Shown: positions 35,503 to 48,790, counted from the stretch's first letter. The stretch is 64,000 bases of DNA from an uncultured Thermus sp. (GCA_947085095.1 CAMTVD010000002.1:13632-77631), one strand, 5' to 3'. Notes: generated by a model from the sequence alone, not told the origin. A program made the numbers and translations.

Positions 35503-36530
35503 GCTGCTTCCTCCTTTTCCTTGAGGAGTTCTACCACATAGCGCACGTGTTCCACCGGGGTGCCGGGCAGGATCCCGTGGCCCAGGTTGAAGATGTGCCC
35601 GGGCCGGGAGGCGTTTTCCGCAAGGATCCTTTCCACCTCCCGCCGGATTACCTCCTTGGGGGCGAAGAGGATCACGGGGTCCAGGTTGCCCTGGATGGGG
35701 GTTTCCCCCAGCGCCTCCCGGGCCCAGGGGAGGGGGGTGTGGTGGTCCAGGCCCATCACGTCCCCTCCGGCCTCCTGCATCTCCTTAAGAAGGCCCATGG
35801 TCCCCACCCCGAAGTGGATCACGGGCACCCCAAGGGGCCTTAGCTCCTGGAAGAGCCTGGCCATGTGGGGCTTCACGTAGCGCCGGTAGTCCGCAGGGGA
35901 TAAAGCCCCCACCCAGGAGTCGAAGACCTGGAGGAGATCGGCCCCCGCCTCCACCTGGGCCTTCAGGTAGCGGGCCATGGCCTGGGTGAGCTTGGTGAGA
36001 AGCCGGTGCCAGAGGGCTTCCTCCCGGTACATAAAGGCCTTGACCTCCTTGAACTGGCGGCTCGGCCCGCCCTCGATGAGGTAGCTGGCCAGGGTGAAAG
36101 GAGCCCCGGCGAAGCCGATGAGGGGCACCTCAAGCTCCCTTTTCAGGAGGCGGATGGTTTCCAGCACGAAGGGCACGGCCTCCTCCGGCTCCAGGGGCCT
36201 TAGGGCCTCCACCCCCTTGGAGTCCCGGATGGGCCGGTGGATGACGGGGCCTTTGCCCTCCACCAGGTCCAGCTCCACCCCCATCCCGTAGAGGGGGGTG
36301 GTGATGTCCGCAAAGAGGATGGCGGCGTCCACGCCAAGCTGCTTCACCGGAAGAAGGGTTACCTCGGCGCAGACCTCAGGGTTCTGCACGATCTCCGGTA
36401 GGGTGTAGCGCCGCCGGATCTCCTGGTACTCCTTCTGGTAGCGCCCCGCCTGGCGCATGAACCAGACGGGGGGCCTCGAGGTGGGCCTGCCCCGGGCCGC
36501 CTGGAGGATGAGGTCGTTCACGCCCTCCAT
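35499..36530 (-). CDS. hemE: uroporphyrinogen decarboxylase
   Basis: PVWFMRQAGRY, GFAGAPFTLASY, FNLGHG; start is ATG 36530 or leaderless GTG 36521. Confidence 0.97.
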   Translation of the reverse strand: MEGVNDLILQAARGRPTSRPPVWFMRQAGRYQKEYQEIRRRYTLPEIVQNPEVCAEVTLLPVKQLGVDAAILFADITTPLYGMGVELDLVEGKGPVIHRPIRDSKGVEALRPLEPEEAVPFVLETIRLLKRELEVPLIGFAGAPFTLASYLIEGGPSRQFKEVKAFMYREEALWHRLLTKLTQAMARYLKAQVEAGADLLQVFDSWVGALSPADYRRYVKPHMARLFQELRPLGVPVIHFGVGTMGLLKEMQEAGGDVMGLDHHTPLPWAREALGETPIQGNLDPVILFAPKEVIRREVERILAENASRPGHIFNLGHGILPGTPVEHVRYVVELLKEKEEAA

Positions 36531-36543
36531 GCTAGCATGGGGC

Positions 36544-37467
36544 ATGCGCTTCCTTTTTTTCCTCCTAACCTTAAGCCTAAGCTTATCCCCCTTTGCCCGA
36601 GCCCAGGAAGACCCCGTGGTGGCCCAGGTGGGGCCCGAACACATCACCAAAAGCCAGTTTGAGCTCCGCTTTGGCCTCTTCGCCAAAAGCGCACTCCGGC
36701 AGCTTGGCCTCCCCGACTCGGAGGAAACCCGCGCCCTCCTGGCTCAGTACCGGGCCCCTTACCTGGAGGCCCTGGCGGAGGAGCGGGCGCTTCTCTTGCT
36801 GGCCAGGCGCCAGGGTTTTTGGCCCATGCCCGACAGCGTGGAGGCCCGGGTGGCGGAGCTCGTGAAGGCCTTTCCCGAGGAGGAGGCCCTGCGGAAGGCC
36901 CTGGAAGGGGCAGGGGTGCCCGACCTGGCCACCTACCGCACCCTCCTGGCCGAGGCCATGGCCCTCGAGGCTCTGGAAGCCCATTACCGCATGGAGCTTA
37001 AGGTTTCCCCAGCGGCCCTGAAGGCCCTTTGGCTCCTTTCCCCGGAGTACCGCCACCCCGCCCTCTACTGCGCCCGGCACATCCTGGTGCCCACCCTGGA
37101 GGAGGCCAGAGAGGCCCTGGCCCGCCTGGAAAAAGGGGAGGCCTTCCCAGAGGTAGCCCAGGCCCTTTCCCACGACCCCGGCTCCAAGGAGGCGGGTGGG
37201 GACCTGGGGTGCGAGCCGGAGGGCACCTACATCCCCGCTTTTGAGAAGGCCCTCCTCCTCCTGAAGCCCGGCCAGGTGTCCGCCCCGGTGCAGACCGAGT
37301 ACGGCTTCCACCTCATCCTCCTGGAGCGGGTGGTGCCCCCGGGCCGCTACCCTCTCGAGGCGGCCCTCCCGGAGCTGGAGGAGGCCCTCAAGGCCCGGGC
37401 CTGGGAGAAACTGGCCCAGGCCCTCGTCCGCCCCATCCCCATCCGGCTCTTTCCCGAGCGGCTATAG
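36544..37467 (+). CDS. exported parvulin-type peptidyl-prolyl isomerase (PrsA/SurA-like)
   Basis: Signal peptide, ARHILV, SHDPGSKEAGGDLG, TEYGFHLI. Confidence 0.9.
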   Translation: MRFLFFLLTLSLSLSPFARAQEDPVVAQVGPEHITKSQFELRFGLFAKSALRQLGLPDSEETRALLAQYRAPYLEALAEERALLLLARRQGFWPMPDSVEARVAELVKAFPEEEALRKALEGAGVPDLATYRTLLAEAMALEALEAHYRMELKVSPAALKALWLLSPEYRHPALYCARHILVPTLEEAREALARLEKGEAFPEVAQALSHDPGSKEAGGDLGCEPEGTYIPAFEKALLLLKPGQVSAPVQTEYGFHLILLERVVPPGRYPLEAALPELEEALKARAWEKLAQALVRPIPIRLFPERL

Positions 37468-38310
37468 GGTGAGGAGGAGGGCCTCGTCCCCCAGGGGGCT
37501 TTGCGCCAGGCATAGGGCCTCCCCGGGGGCGTAGATCCCGCTTCTCCCCTCAAAGGAGAGGGAGAGGATCCTGCCGTTCAGCATGGGGTTCAAAAGGAGC
37601 CGCAGGTTCTCCCGGCCCAGAAGCCTCTCCCGGGCCGAGGCCAGCCAGACCTCCCCCTCTTTCCGCTTGGGGTCCCGGGGCCAGGGCCTCTCCCAGGAAG
37701 CGGGGTTGGCGGAGGGTTGCAGGAGGACCTCCGCCCCCAGGGCGTCCAGGCGGGACAGGTGCTTTTCGTAAAACCCGTCCAGGCAGATCAGGATGCCCAC
37801 CCGCCCCGCCCGGGTTTCCACCAGGTGGGGGCCGAAGTGGCCCCTTAGGAGCCAGCGCTCAGGGGGCATGAGCTCCATCTTGGGCACCTGGGCCAGGAGG
37901 CGGCCCTCTGGGTTATAGAAGAGGGCCAGGTTCTGGAAGAAGGGGGTGCGGGCGAAGCGCCCCCGGGAAAGCTCCTCCTCGTAAGGGGGAGAGAGGAGGG
38001 TCCCCGAAAGGAGATGGGTTCCGAAGGTCCTCGCGGCCTCGGCCATGACCCGGTGGAAGACCCCGTAGGCCTTCCTCGCCCGCCGCCAGGGGAGAAAGGG
38101 GTATTTGAGCAGGTCTTTCCAGCGGAACCCCTCCTCCAGGTGGAGGAGCAGGGGGAGGCCGAAGAGTTCGGGGAAGGCGGTGAGCCTGGGAGCTGGGGTT
38201 CCCTCCAGGGGTTTGAGGAGGGCGAAGACCCTCTCCCGGAAGGCTTCCTCCGTGCGGTAGGCCTCGGGCCTGACCTCTGCCTGGACCACCAGCAGGGTGC
38301 GGAAGGGCAC
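37462..38310 (-). CDS. carbon-nitrogen hydrolase (nitrilase superfamily)
   Basis: FPE, K and GILICLDG catalytic-triad motifs. Confidence 0.8.
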   Translation of the reverse strand: MPFRTLLVVQAEVRPEAYRTEEAFRERVFALLKPLEGTPAPRLTAFPELFGLPLLLHLEEGFRWKDLLKYPFLPWRRARKAYGVFHRVMAEAARTFGTHLLSGTLLSPPYEEELSRGRFARTPFFQNLALFYNPEGRLLAQVPKMELMPPERWLLRGHFGPHLVETRAGRVGILICLDGFYEKHLSRLDALGAEVLLQPSANPASWERPWPRDPKRKEGEVWLASARERLLGRENLRLLLNPMLNGRILSLSFEGRSGIYAPGEALCLAQSPLGDEALLLTL

Positions 38311-38319
38311 CCCCTAAGT

Positions 38320-39069
38320 CTAAAGGCTTTGCACCACCATGTAGGCCCCCATGACCACCAGAAAGAGGGCGAAGCCCCGCTTCAGGGATGCCTGGGGCAG
38401 CCTCACCGCCAGCCTTCCCCCAAGGAGGCTCCCCAGGGTGCCCACCAGGAGGAAAAGCCCGGCGATGGTGAAGTTCACGGAAAGCCCCTGGGCGGGGAGG
38501 AGGTGGAGGTACTTGTAAAAGCCGGCGAAGGACTTGATGGCGATGATGAAGAGGCTGGTGCCCACCGCCAGGTGCATGGGAAGCCTTCCCAGGAGGACCA
38601 AAGCCGGCACGATGAGAAACCCGCCTCCCACCCCCACGAAGCCGGTGAGGGCCCCCACCCCCGTACCCTCCAGGACGATCTTCCAAGGCTGGCGCTTTGG
38701 GGCCCCCTGGGGGCGCAAGGGGGTGGGCCGGGCCATGAAGTAGGCGGCGAGGAGCATGACCAGGGCGAAGGTGAGGAGCTGGACCTGCCCGGAGACAAAC
38801 TGGGAGGACCAGGCCCCCAGGTAGGTGCCCGCCATACCAGGAAGGCCGAAGAGGAGGACGTTGCGCCAGTCCACCAGGCCCTGTTTAGCGTAGGGGATGG
38901 CCCCCAGGAGGGCGATCCCCCCCACGATGAGGAGGCTTTCGGCGATGGCCTGCTTGGGGGGCTCCCCCAGGAGGTAGACCAGGACGGGGACGGTGAGGAT
39001 GGACCCTCCAGAGCCCAAGAGGCCCAGGGCAAGGCCGATGAAGAGGGCACCCAGGAGGGCCAGGCTCAT
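38320..39069 (-). CDS. sulfite exporter, TauE/SafE family
   Basis: GLLGSGGSILTVP and GFVGVGGGFLIVP repeats, AVGTSL. Confidence 0.92.
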   Translation of the reverse strand: MSLALLGALFIGLALGLLGSGGSILTVPVLVYLLGEPPKQAIAESLLIVGGIALLGAIPYAKQGLVDWRNVLLFGLPGMAGTYLGAWSSQFVSGQVQLLTFALVMLLAAYFMARPTPLRPQGAPKRQPWKIVLEGTGVGALTGFVGVGGGFLIVPALVLLGRLPMHLAVGTSLFIIAIKSFAGFYKYLHLLPAQGLSVNFTIAGLFLLVGTLGSLLGGRLAVRLPQASLKRGFALFLVVMGAYMVVQSL

Positions 39070-39719
39070 CGTTCAATGGGAAAACCCGCGCTGGTCCAGG
39101 CGTAGGTGCCCCCCTCGAGGTTGTAAACCCTCTCCCCGGGGAAGCCCTGGGCCACCAGGAAGTCGGCGGCCACCCCGCTACGGTTCCCCGAGTTGCACAC
39201 CAGGAGGATGGGCCGGTCCTGGGGAAGCTCGGCAAGCCTTGTGGGCAGGGTGGAAAGGGGGATGTTCACCGCCTTAGGCACGTGCCCCTCCCCGTACTCC
39301 CAGGGCTCGCGCACGTCCACCACGAAGGCCTCCTGCAGGAGGGCCTTAGCCTCGTGGGGGCCCACCTCCTGGAAGGGGGTGGCCTGGTAGCCCACCTCCA
39401 CCGGGGTGGTGTCCACGGGCAGGCCCGCCCGGTACCAGCGGACGATGCCCCCCTCGAGGTTCAGCACCCCCCTGTACCCCTGGGAAGAAAGCCAGGCCGC
39501 CGCCTGCCAGGAGCGGTTCCCCGTGCGGCAGTAGAGGACCACGGGCCGGTCCTTGGGGATCTCCTCATGGCGGGCCATGAACTCGGAGAGGGGGAGGAGG
39601 GAGGCCCCGGGGATCCGGGCCTGGGCGTACTCCTCCACCTCCCGCACGTCTATGAAGGGGACGCCTGCCTGGTAGAGTTCCTTGGCCTCTTCTGGGGTAA
39701 GGTCCTTGACCTGGTACAT
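39066..39719 (-). CDS. tandem rhodanese-domain sulfurtransferase
   Basis: Two DVRE...IPGA/VPKA domains with CRTGNRS and CNSGNRS active loops. Confidence 0.92.
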   Translation of the reverse strand: MYQVKDLTPEEAKELYQAGVPFIDVREVEEYAQARIPGASLLPLSEFMARHEEIPKDRPVVLYCRTGNRSWQAAAWLSSQGYRGVLNLEGGIVRWYRAGLPVDTTPVEVGYQATPFQEVGPHEAKALLQEAFVVDVREPWEYGEGHVPKAVNIPLSTLPTRLAELPQDRPILLVCNSGNRSGVAADFLVAQGFPGERVYNLEGGTYAWTSAGFPIER

Positions 39720-39720
39720 C

Positions 39721-41157
39721 CTAGGCCTCCACCAGCTCCTCGCCCTTTACCACGGGGAAGCCCGCCTCCTGCCAGGCCCGGATCCCCCCGGTGAGGTTTA
39801 GGGCGTTCTTGAAGCCTTTGGCCAGGAGGGCGGAGATGGCGGTGCTGGAGCGGTCCCCCCCCACGCAGTGGACGAGGAGGGGCCGGTCCTGGGGAAGCCG
39901 CTCCAGGTGGGCCAGGACCCGGCCCGCATGGAGGTTCAGGGCCCCGGGGATGTGGCCTGCGCGGTACTCGTCCCGGGCCCGCACGTCCAGGATGAGGGCC
40001 TTCCCCGACTCCCAGAGCTCCTTGGCCTCCTTTGCGGTGATCTGGGGCACGATCTCCAGCTCGCCCTCGGCGTAGCCCTGAAGCCCGGGGATGTAGCCCA
40101 CCACCTCGTCCAGACCGATGCGGATCAGGGCCCGGGTCAGGGCCTCCACCTCGGAGGGGTGGGCCAGGAGGATGAGGGGGCGGTCGTAGGGGAGGAGCCA
40201 CCCGGCCCAGGTGGAGAAGTTCTTCCCCGCGGGGATGTTGATGCTCCCCGGGATATGCCCCCCGGCGAAGGCGAACTTGTCCCGGGTGTCCACCAGGAGG
40301 GCCCCTTGGGAGAGGTGGCGGTCAAACTGGGCCTTGGTGAGGCGGCCCGGGTGGGGGACCCCCCCCAGGATGGGCATCCCGTCCCGGTTCAGCCGCTTCA
40401 TCTCCTTGAAGTAGGTGGGGGCCTCGGGCTGGCCCTCCAGGAGGGCCTTTACGAACCCCTCTTCGTCCCCCCTCTCCAGGTAGTCCGCCCACCAGGCGTG
40501 GCGGCGCTCGTAGCCCACGGTGGTGGCGGGGAGGGCCCCCAGGGCCTTGCCGCAGGCCGAGCCCGCCCCGTGCCCCGGCCAGACCTGCACGTGGTCGGGG
40601 AGGGTGAGGAACTTTTCCTTGAGGCTGTGGAACATGCGCCGGGCTCCGGGGATGGCGGTGCCCTTGATCCCGGCGGCCTCCTCCAGGAGGTCAGGCCGCC
40701 CCACGTCCCCCACGAAGACGAAGTCCCCGGTGAGGAAGAGGAGGGGCTCCTCCGTCACCGCCCCGTCCGCCACCAGGAAGGAGAGGTGCTCGGGGGTGTG
40801 GCCCGGGGTGTGGACCGCCTGCACCCGGATGTTCCCCACCTTGAACACGTCCCCGTCCTTGAGGAGGACGTAAGGGTACTCTTCCAGGCCCCGGTACTTC
40901 CAGTTCTCGTCCCCCTCGTCGGAGAGGTAGAGGGTGGCCCTGGTGGCCTTGGCCAGCTCCCGGGCCCCGGAGAGGTAGTCGGCGTGGATGTGGGTTTCGG
41001 CGATGGCGGTGATGCGGAGGCCCAGGCTCTCCGCGAGCTCCAGGTAGGTGTCCACGTCCCGCTTGGGGTCCACCACCAGGGCTTCCCCGGTGGCCGCGCA
41101 ACCCACCAGGTAGCTCATCTGGGCGAGACCTTCTTCGTAGATCTGGCGGAAGATCAT
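39721..41157 (-). CDS. MBL-fold persulfide dioxygenase-rhodanese fusion (CstB-like)
   Basis: ETHIHADY, TPGHTPEH, GDVGRPDL, PGHGAGSACGK, C-terminal rhodanese HCVGGDRS; SD GGAGG. Confidence 0.9.
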   Translation of the reverse strand: MIFRQIYEEGLAQMSYLVGCAATGEALVVDPKRDVDTYLELAESLGLRITAIAETHIHADYLSGARELAKATRATLYLSDEGDENWKYRGLEEYPYVLLKDGDVFKVGNIRVQAVHTPGHTPEHLSFLVADGAVTEEPLLFLTGDFVFVGDVGRPDLLEEAAGIKGTAIPGARRMFHSLKEKFLTLPDHVQVWPGHGAGSACGKALGALPATTVGYERRHAWWADYLERGDEEGFVKALLEGQPEAPTYFKEMKRLNRDGMPILGGVPHPGRLTKAQFDRHLSQGALLVDTRDKFAFAGGHIPGSINIPAGKNFSTWAGWLLPYDRPLILLAHPSEVEALTRALIRIGLDEVVGYIPGLQGYAEGELEIVPQITAKEAKELWESGKALILDVRARDEYRAGHIPGALNLHAGRVLAHLERLPQDRPLLVHCVGGDRSSTAISALLAKGFKNALNLTGGIRAWQEAGFPVVKGEELVEA

Positions 41158-41201
41158 GGCTTTACCTCCAGTATGGGACGTTTGTCCCCACCGCCCAAAA
41201 T

Positions 41202-41218
41202 ATACCCCACCGGGGTAC
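41202..41218. promoter_or_regulatory. CsoR/CstR-type operator 1, between the -35 TTGACA and -10 TATATT of the leftward promoter
   Basis: A-TACCCC-ACC-GGGGTA-C inverted repeat. Confidence 0.75.
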
Positions 41219-41296
41219 ACGGTGTCAACGGGTCTAAGACAACGTTCTCCATTTCACTATACGTCTCCAACCCCGGTCTGCTATAGTGGCTAAGGA

Positions 41297-41317
41297 GGTA
41301 CCCCTACGGGGGTATCC
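41297..41317. promoter_or_regulatory. CsoR/CstR-type operator 2, downstream of the rightward -10 TATAGT
   Basis: GG-TACCCC-TACG-GGGGTA-TCC inverted repeat. Confidence 0.75.
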
Positions 41318-41327
41318 AGGAGGAGCC

Positions 41328-42017
41328 ATGGCGCTACTGGGACCTAAGGAACAGGAGATCGTGCGCGAGCGGCTTGCGGGCCTTACCCGGGACGTGGAGA
41401 TGGTCCTTTTCACCGACACCTCCACCCTGATCGCTCCGGGCAAGGAGCCCTGCATGTACTGCAAGGAGACCAAGCAGCTTCTGGAGGAACTGAAGGCCCT
41501 TTCCGACAAGCTCCATCTGGTGGTCTACGACCTGGCCACCCCTGAAGGGAAGGAGATGGCCAAGGCCTACAAGGTGGAGGCGGCCCCTACCCTCATCCTG
41601 CGGGAGAAGGGATCGGAGGCCATCAACCTTCGCTACCGGGGTATCCCGGCGGGCTACGAGTTCGCAAGCCTCCTCGAGGACCTGGAGATGCTGGGCCGCG
41701 ACGGCCACGGCCTTCCGGAGAACGTGGTGGAGGAGCTAAACAACCTCCCCGAGGAGGTGGTCCTCCAGGTCTTCGTCACCCCCACCTGCCCCTACTGCCC
41801 CCAGGCGGTGCGCACCGCCCACCGCATGGCCTACGCCTCCCCCAAGGTGTGGGGCGAGATGGTTGAGGCCAACGAGTTCCCCGAGCTCTCTAACCGCTAC
41901 CACATCCACGGGGTGCCGGACACCATCATCAACCACGGCAAGGAGCGGGTCCTGGGGGCTCAGCCCCTCTCCCAGTTCCTCCAGGCTGTGAGGAAGGCCG
42001 TGGGGGTGAAGGCCTAG
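41328..42017 (+). CDS. protein disulfide oxidoreductase (two thioredoxin folds, PDO type)
   Basis: CMYC and CPYC motifs, GIPAGYEF; SD AGGAGG. Confidence 0.92.
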   Translation: MALLGPKEQEIVRERLAGLTRDVEMVLFTDTSTLIAPGKEPCMYCKETKQLLEELKALSDKLHLVVYDLATPEGKEMAKAYKVEAAPTLILREKGSEAINLRYRGIPAGYEFASLLEDLEMLGRDGHGLPENVVEELNNLPEEVVLQVFVTPTCPYCPQAVRTAHRMAYASPKVWGEMVEANEFPELSNRYHIHGVPDTIINHGKERVLGAQPLSQFLQAVRKAVGVKA

Positions 42018-42018
42018 C

Positions 42019-42396
42019 ATGACCCGCCGTGCCCTTTTCGCCCTTTTCCTCCTGCCCTTGGTCCTCGCCGCCTGCGGGCCCAAGGGGAGCTACCAGAACG
42101 TGGGCCCGGAGGAGCTTTACCGGGCCTTGGAGTCTGGTGCCCTGATCGTGGACGTGCGCACCCCCGAGGAGTACCAGGCGGGCCGTGTGCCGGGGGCGGT
42201 GAACCTCCCCGTGGAGGAGGTGGCCCGCTGGGCGGACACCCTTCCCAAGGACAAGCCCGTCTACCTCTACTGCCGGAGCGGCAACCGCAGCCGCCAGGCG
42301 GCGGAGTACCTGAAGAAGAAGGGGTACAGCAACCTCTACCACGTGGAGGGCGGGGTGCTGGCCATTGAGCGGGCGGGGTACCCCTTGGTCCGCTGA
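42019..42396 (+). CDS. rhodanese-domain lipoprotein
   Basis: LAAC lipobox, DVRTPEEY, CRSGNRS. Confidence 0.9.
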   Translation: MTRRALFALFLLPLVLAACGPKGSYQNVGPEELYRALESGALIVDVRTPEEYQAGRVPGAVNLPVEEVARWADTLPKDKPVYLYCRSGNRSRQAAEYLKKKGYSNLYHVEGGVLAIERAGYPLVR

Positions 42397-43187
42397 TGGA
42401 CGCGGTGCAAATAGGTCCCTTCGCCCTGCCCTGGGTCAGGGTCCAGGTGGCCCTGGCCCTTCTGGCCCTGGTGGTGGTGGCGGAGGTCCTGGCCCGGCGG
42501 GTGGACAGAAGGCTCTCCCCCTGGGCCTACAACGCCATCCTGGTGGGGCTTTTGGGGGCCCGTCTCGGCTTCGTGCTGGAGAACGCTTCGGTCTACGCCA
42601 AGGACCCCTGGAGCGTGCTCTACGTGTGGCAGGGAGGGTTTGACCCTTTTTGGGGTATCCTGGCGGGAGGAGGGTACACGCTCATGACCTTGCCCAAACA
42701 CCTTTGGCGCTACGCCTTTACGGCCGGGGTGGCGGCCCTGTTGGTGGCGGGGCTCTTCCTCACCCGGGGGCGGGAAGAGGATGGGCAACGGCTTCCTGAT
42801 CTCAGCCTGGCCACCCTAGGGGGCACGGAGGTTTCCCTGGAGAGGTTTGAGGGCAAGCCCGTGGTCCTCAACGCCTGGGCCACCTGGTGCCCGCCTTGCC
42901 GGCGGGAACTCCCCATGATGGTGCGCCTGAGCCGGGAAAACCCCGGGGTCTACTTTGTCTTCGTGAGCCAGGGGGAGGGGTCGGAGGTGGTGCGGCGCTT
43001 TCTGGAGGAGCAGGGCCTCGAGGCCGACTGGGTCCTCCTGGACCCCGATACCCGCCTTTCCCAGGCCCTGGGCATCCAGGGGCTTCCCACCACCTTCTTC
43101 TTTGACCGCGAGGGGCGGCTGGTGAGCCGCCACCTGGGCGAGCTTTCCGAGGCCCTCCTCCTGGGGTACCTGAGGGTTTTGCGCTAG
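42396..43187 (+). CDS. Lgt-like membrane domain fused to a TlpA disulfide reductase
   Basis: GARLGFVL...WQGG N-terminal part; NAWATWCPPCRRELP. Confidence 0.88.
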   Translation: MDAVQIGPFALPWVRVQVALALLALVVVAEVLARRVDRRLSPWAYNAILVGLLGARLGFVLENASVYAKDPWSVLYVWQGGFDPFWGILAGGGYTLMTLPKHLWRYAFTAGVAALLVAGLFLTRGREEDGQRLPDLSLATLGGTEVSLERFEGKPVVLNAWATWCPPCRRELPMMVRLSRENPGVYFVFVSQGEGSEVVRRFLEEQGLEADWVLLDPDTRLSQALGIQGLPTTFFFDREGRLVSRHLGELSEALLLGYLRVLR

Positions 43188-44554
43188 CCGGCGGAGAGTA
43201 GGGTTTCCTTGCCGCCCACCACCGTCTTCAGGTGCACGGGGCGGCCCCAGAGGCGGTGGAGGTTTTCCAACACCGCCTTGGTCCTTTTGAGGTCCAGCTC
43301 CGCACCTTCGTAGAGGTGCTCTAGGTAAAGCTCGCCCCGATTGCCGTAGTTGGCGTCCAAAAGCTCCACGATGGGATACCCCATGTTGGTCAGACGGAAG
43401 AGGAGGCCCCGCTTGGCCTCGAGGAAGCGGGGCAGGTCCTCTAAGGCCATAAGGTTCTGGCGCAGGGCGAACTCGGGGGTGAGGAACTCCTCCAGGAAGG
43501 AGATGTCCGTGTGCACGGTGCGCACCTGGAAGAGCTTCTTCCTCCCTTCTCCCGTGGGCCTTTGGTAGCGGAGCCTCTCCCCCAGGGGAAGGGCCTCGTA
43601 CTCCGGGCCAAAGCGCCCCTGGTCCCATCGCTCCTCCACCTCCTTGAGGAGGAGGTACCCCAGGCGGTAGGGGTTGAAGCCGTGGGGGGCGAGGAGGCCC
43701 GCCTGGAGCTCGGCGAACTCCAGGGCTTCCTTGGGGGAGAGGAGGGGGAGGAGGAGCCGGGTGTGCCAGTAGGTGGCCCAGCCCTCGTTGAGGATCTTGG
43801 TGGCCGCCTGGGGGGCGTAGTAGAGGCTCTCCTCCCGGAGGATCTCCAGGATGCCCTTCTGCCAAGGGGCCAGGGGGGCGTGCCGGACCAGAAAGCCCAG
43901 GATGTCCCGGGTGGGCCTTGGGGGGAGGGGCCTTGGGCTCGCCCCCTCCTCGGCCTCCTTGGGGGGCTCGGGGGGCGGGTTGACGTAGGGGTCCAGGTAG
44001 GGGCGCACCCTGAGCCTAGGGGCCTGGGGCCGCTCCTCCTCTTCCCTGGGCCTTTGGATGTAGGGGGCGTGGGGATCAATGAGGTTTTCCAGGGAGAGGG
44101 CCATGTCCAGAAACTCCTCCACGCTCCTCGCCCCATGCCTCTCCATGGCCCTTTCCACGAAGGCGGCGTGGTGGGCCATCTCGTCCAGCATGTCCTTGGG
44201 GGTGGGCTGGAAGGCCAGGTTGTTGGCGAAGAAGTCGGCGTGGGCGTAGACGTGGGCCATGACCAGCTTCTGCGCCAGAAGGGTGTTCCCCTTGAGCAGG
44301 TAAGCGTGCACGGGGACGGTGTTCACCACCAGCTCGTAGATGCGTCCCAGGCCATAGCGGTAGACCTCCCGGTGGCGCAGGTACTCGCTGCCAAAGCGCC
44401 AGTGGGGGTAGCGGCGGGGAAAGCCCCCGTAGGCGGCCAGCATGGCCATCTCCTCGGGCCCCACCTCCTCAAAGAGAACGGGCGGGAAGGAGAGCCCCTC
44501 CGCCAAGGCCCTTTCCCGGAGGCGTTCGGCCCAGTACCTGAGTTCCTTCCTCAC
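43184..44554 (-). CDS. SpoVR/YcgB family protein
   Basis: RYPHWRFG, LVMAHVYAHADFF, TKILNEGWATYWH. Confidence 0.95.
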   Translation of the reverse strand: MRKELRYWAERLRERALAEGLSFPPVLFEEVGPEEMAMLAAYGGFPRRYPHWRFGSEYLRHREVYRYGLGRIYELVVNTVPVHAYLLKGNTLLAQKLVMAHVYAHADFFANNLAFQPTPKDMLDEMAHHAAFVERAMERHGARSVEEFLDMALSLENLIDPHAPYIQRPREEEERPQAPRLRVRPYLDPYVNPPPEPPKEAEEGASPRPLPPRPTRDILGFLVRHAPLAPWQKGILEILREESLYYAPQAATKILNEGWATYWHTRLLLPLLSPKEALEFAELQAGLLAPHGFNPYRLGYLLLKEVEERWDQGRFGPEYEALPLGERLRYQRPTGEGRKKLFQVRTVHTDISFLEEFLTPEFALRQNLMALEDLPRFLEAKRGLLFRLTNMGYPIVELLDANYGNRGELYLEHLYEGAELDLKRTKAVLENLHRLWGRPVHLKTVVGGKETLLSAG

Positions 44555-44555
44555 C

Positions 44556-45595
44556 TCAGCCTCCCAGAAGCCGCCTCAGGGCCAGGGGCAGGTCCTCCCG
44601 GCCCCGCACCTCCACCGCCCTAAGCTCCTCCCGCTCCCCCAGGGCTTCCTCCAGCTCGCCCAAAAAGCGCCCCTGGCCGTAGGGCCCCTGGACCTGGGCG
44701 TAGCCGTAAAGGGCCAGGCCCGGGAGGAGGCGGCCCAGGGCCTCGAGGGCCAAGGGAGTGTCCCCCTGCCAGTTCTCCCCGTCGGAGAAGTGGTAGAGGT
44801 AGCGGTTGTAGAAGGCCTCGGGGTAGGCCTTGAGGACCTCCTCCGCCAGGAGGAGGGCGCTGGAGAGCCGGGTGCCCCCGCCCTCCCGGGCGCGGAAGAA
44901 CTCCTCCTCGGAGACTTCCCAGGCCTCGGCATCGTGGAGGAGGTAGCGCCTCTCCAGCCGGGGAAAGTGGCGGCGGATCCAGAGGGTGATCCAGAAGGAA
45001 AGGGTCTTGACGAGCCTTAGCTCCTCCTCCCGCATGCTCCCCGAGACATCCAGGGCAAAGACGACCACCGCCTGGGCGTGGGGCTTGGGCCTGGCCTTCG
45101 GGGCCTTGTAGCGGAGGTCCTCCCGCTCAGGGACGAGCCTCGGGTCCTCCGCCCGGTACTCCCCGGAGAGGAGGCTTCGCTTGAGGCTTTCCTTGAGGGT
45201 GCGGCGCACGTGGCGGAGGCCTCTTGGGCCCTTGCGGGCGATGGTGGTGTGGCGGAAGGCCTCCTCCGTCACCTCCCCTTCCCCCTTGGGCCTGAGGCGG
45301 GGAAGCTTTAGGGCCTCGCCCACGAGGTCCAAAAACTCCTCCAGCTCCAGCTCGGCCACCGGGATGTGGCCTCCCGGGCCCAGGCCCTCCGTCCCCGGCC
45401 CCATGCCCAGAAGGCCCTGGCCCGAAGGCTCCCCGTGGACGATCTTGGGCACCTCCAGCTGGGGGAGGGGGATGGAGACCACCCCCCCTTCCACCTGGCC
45501 GAAGAGCTCCTCCCGGGTCAGGAACTCCCGGGCCTTTTTCTTCACCTCCCCCCGGACGATCTCCTTGAAGCGCAGGAGGTCCCGCTCAATGGGCC

Positions 45596-45599
<4 letters not shown>
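44556..45599 (-). CDS. YeaH/YhbH (DUF444) vWA-domain protein
   Basis: DVSGSM MIDAS motif, GGTRLSSA, FSDGEN; lies between prkA and spoVR. Confidence 0.92.
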
Positions 45600-48790
<3,191 letters not shown>

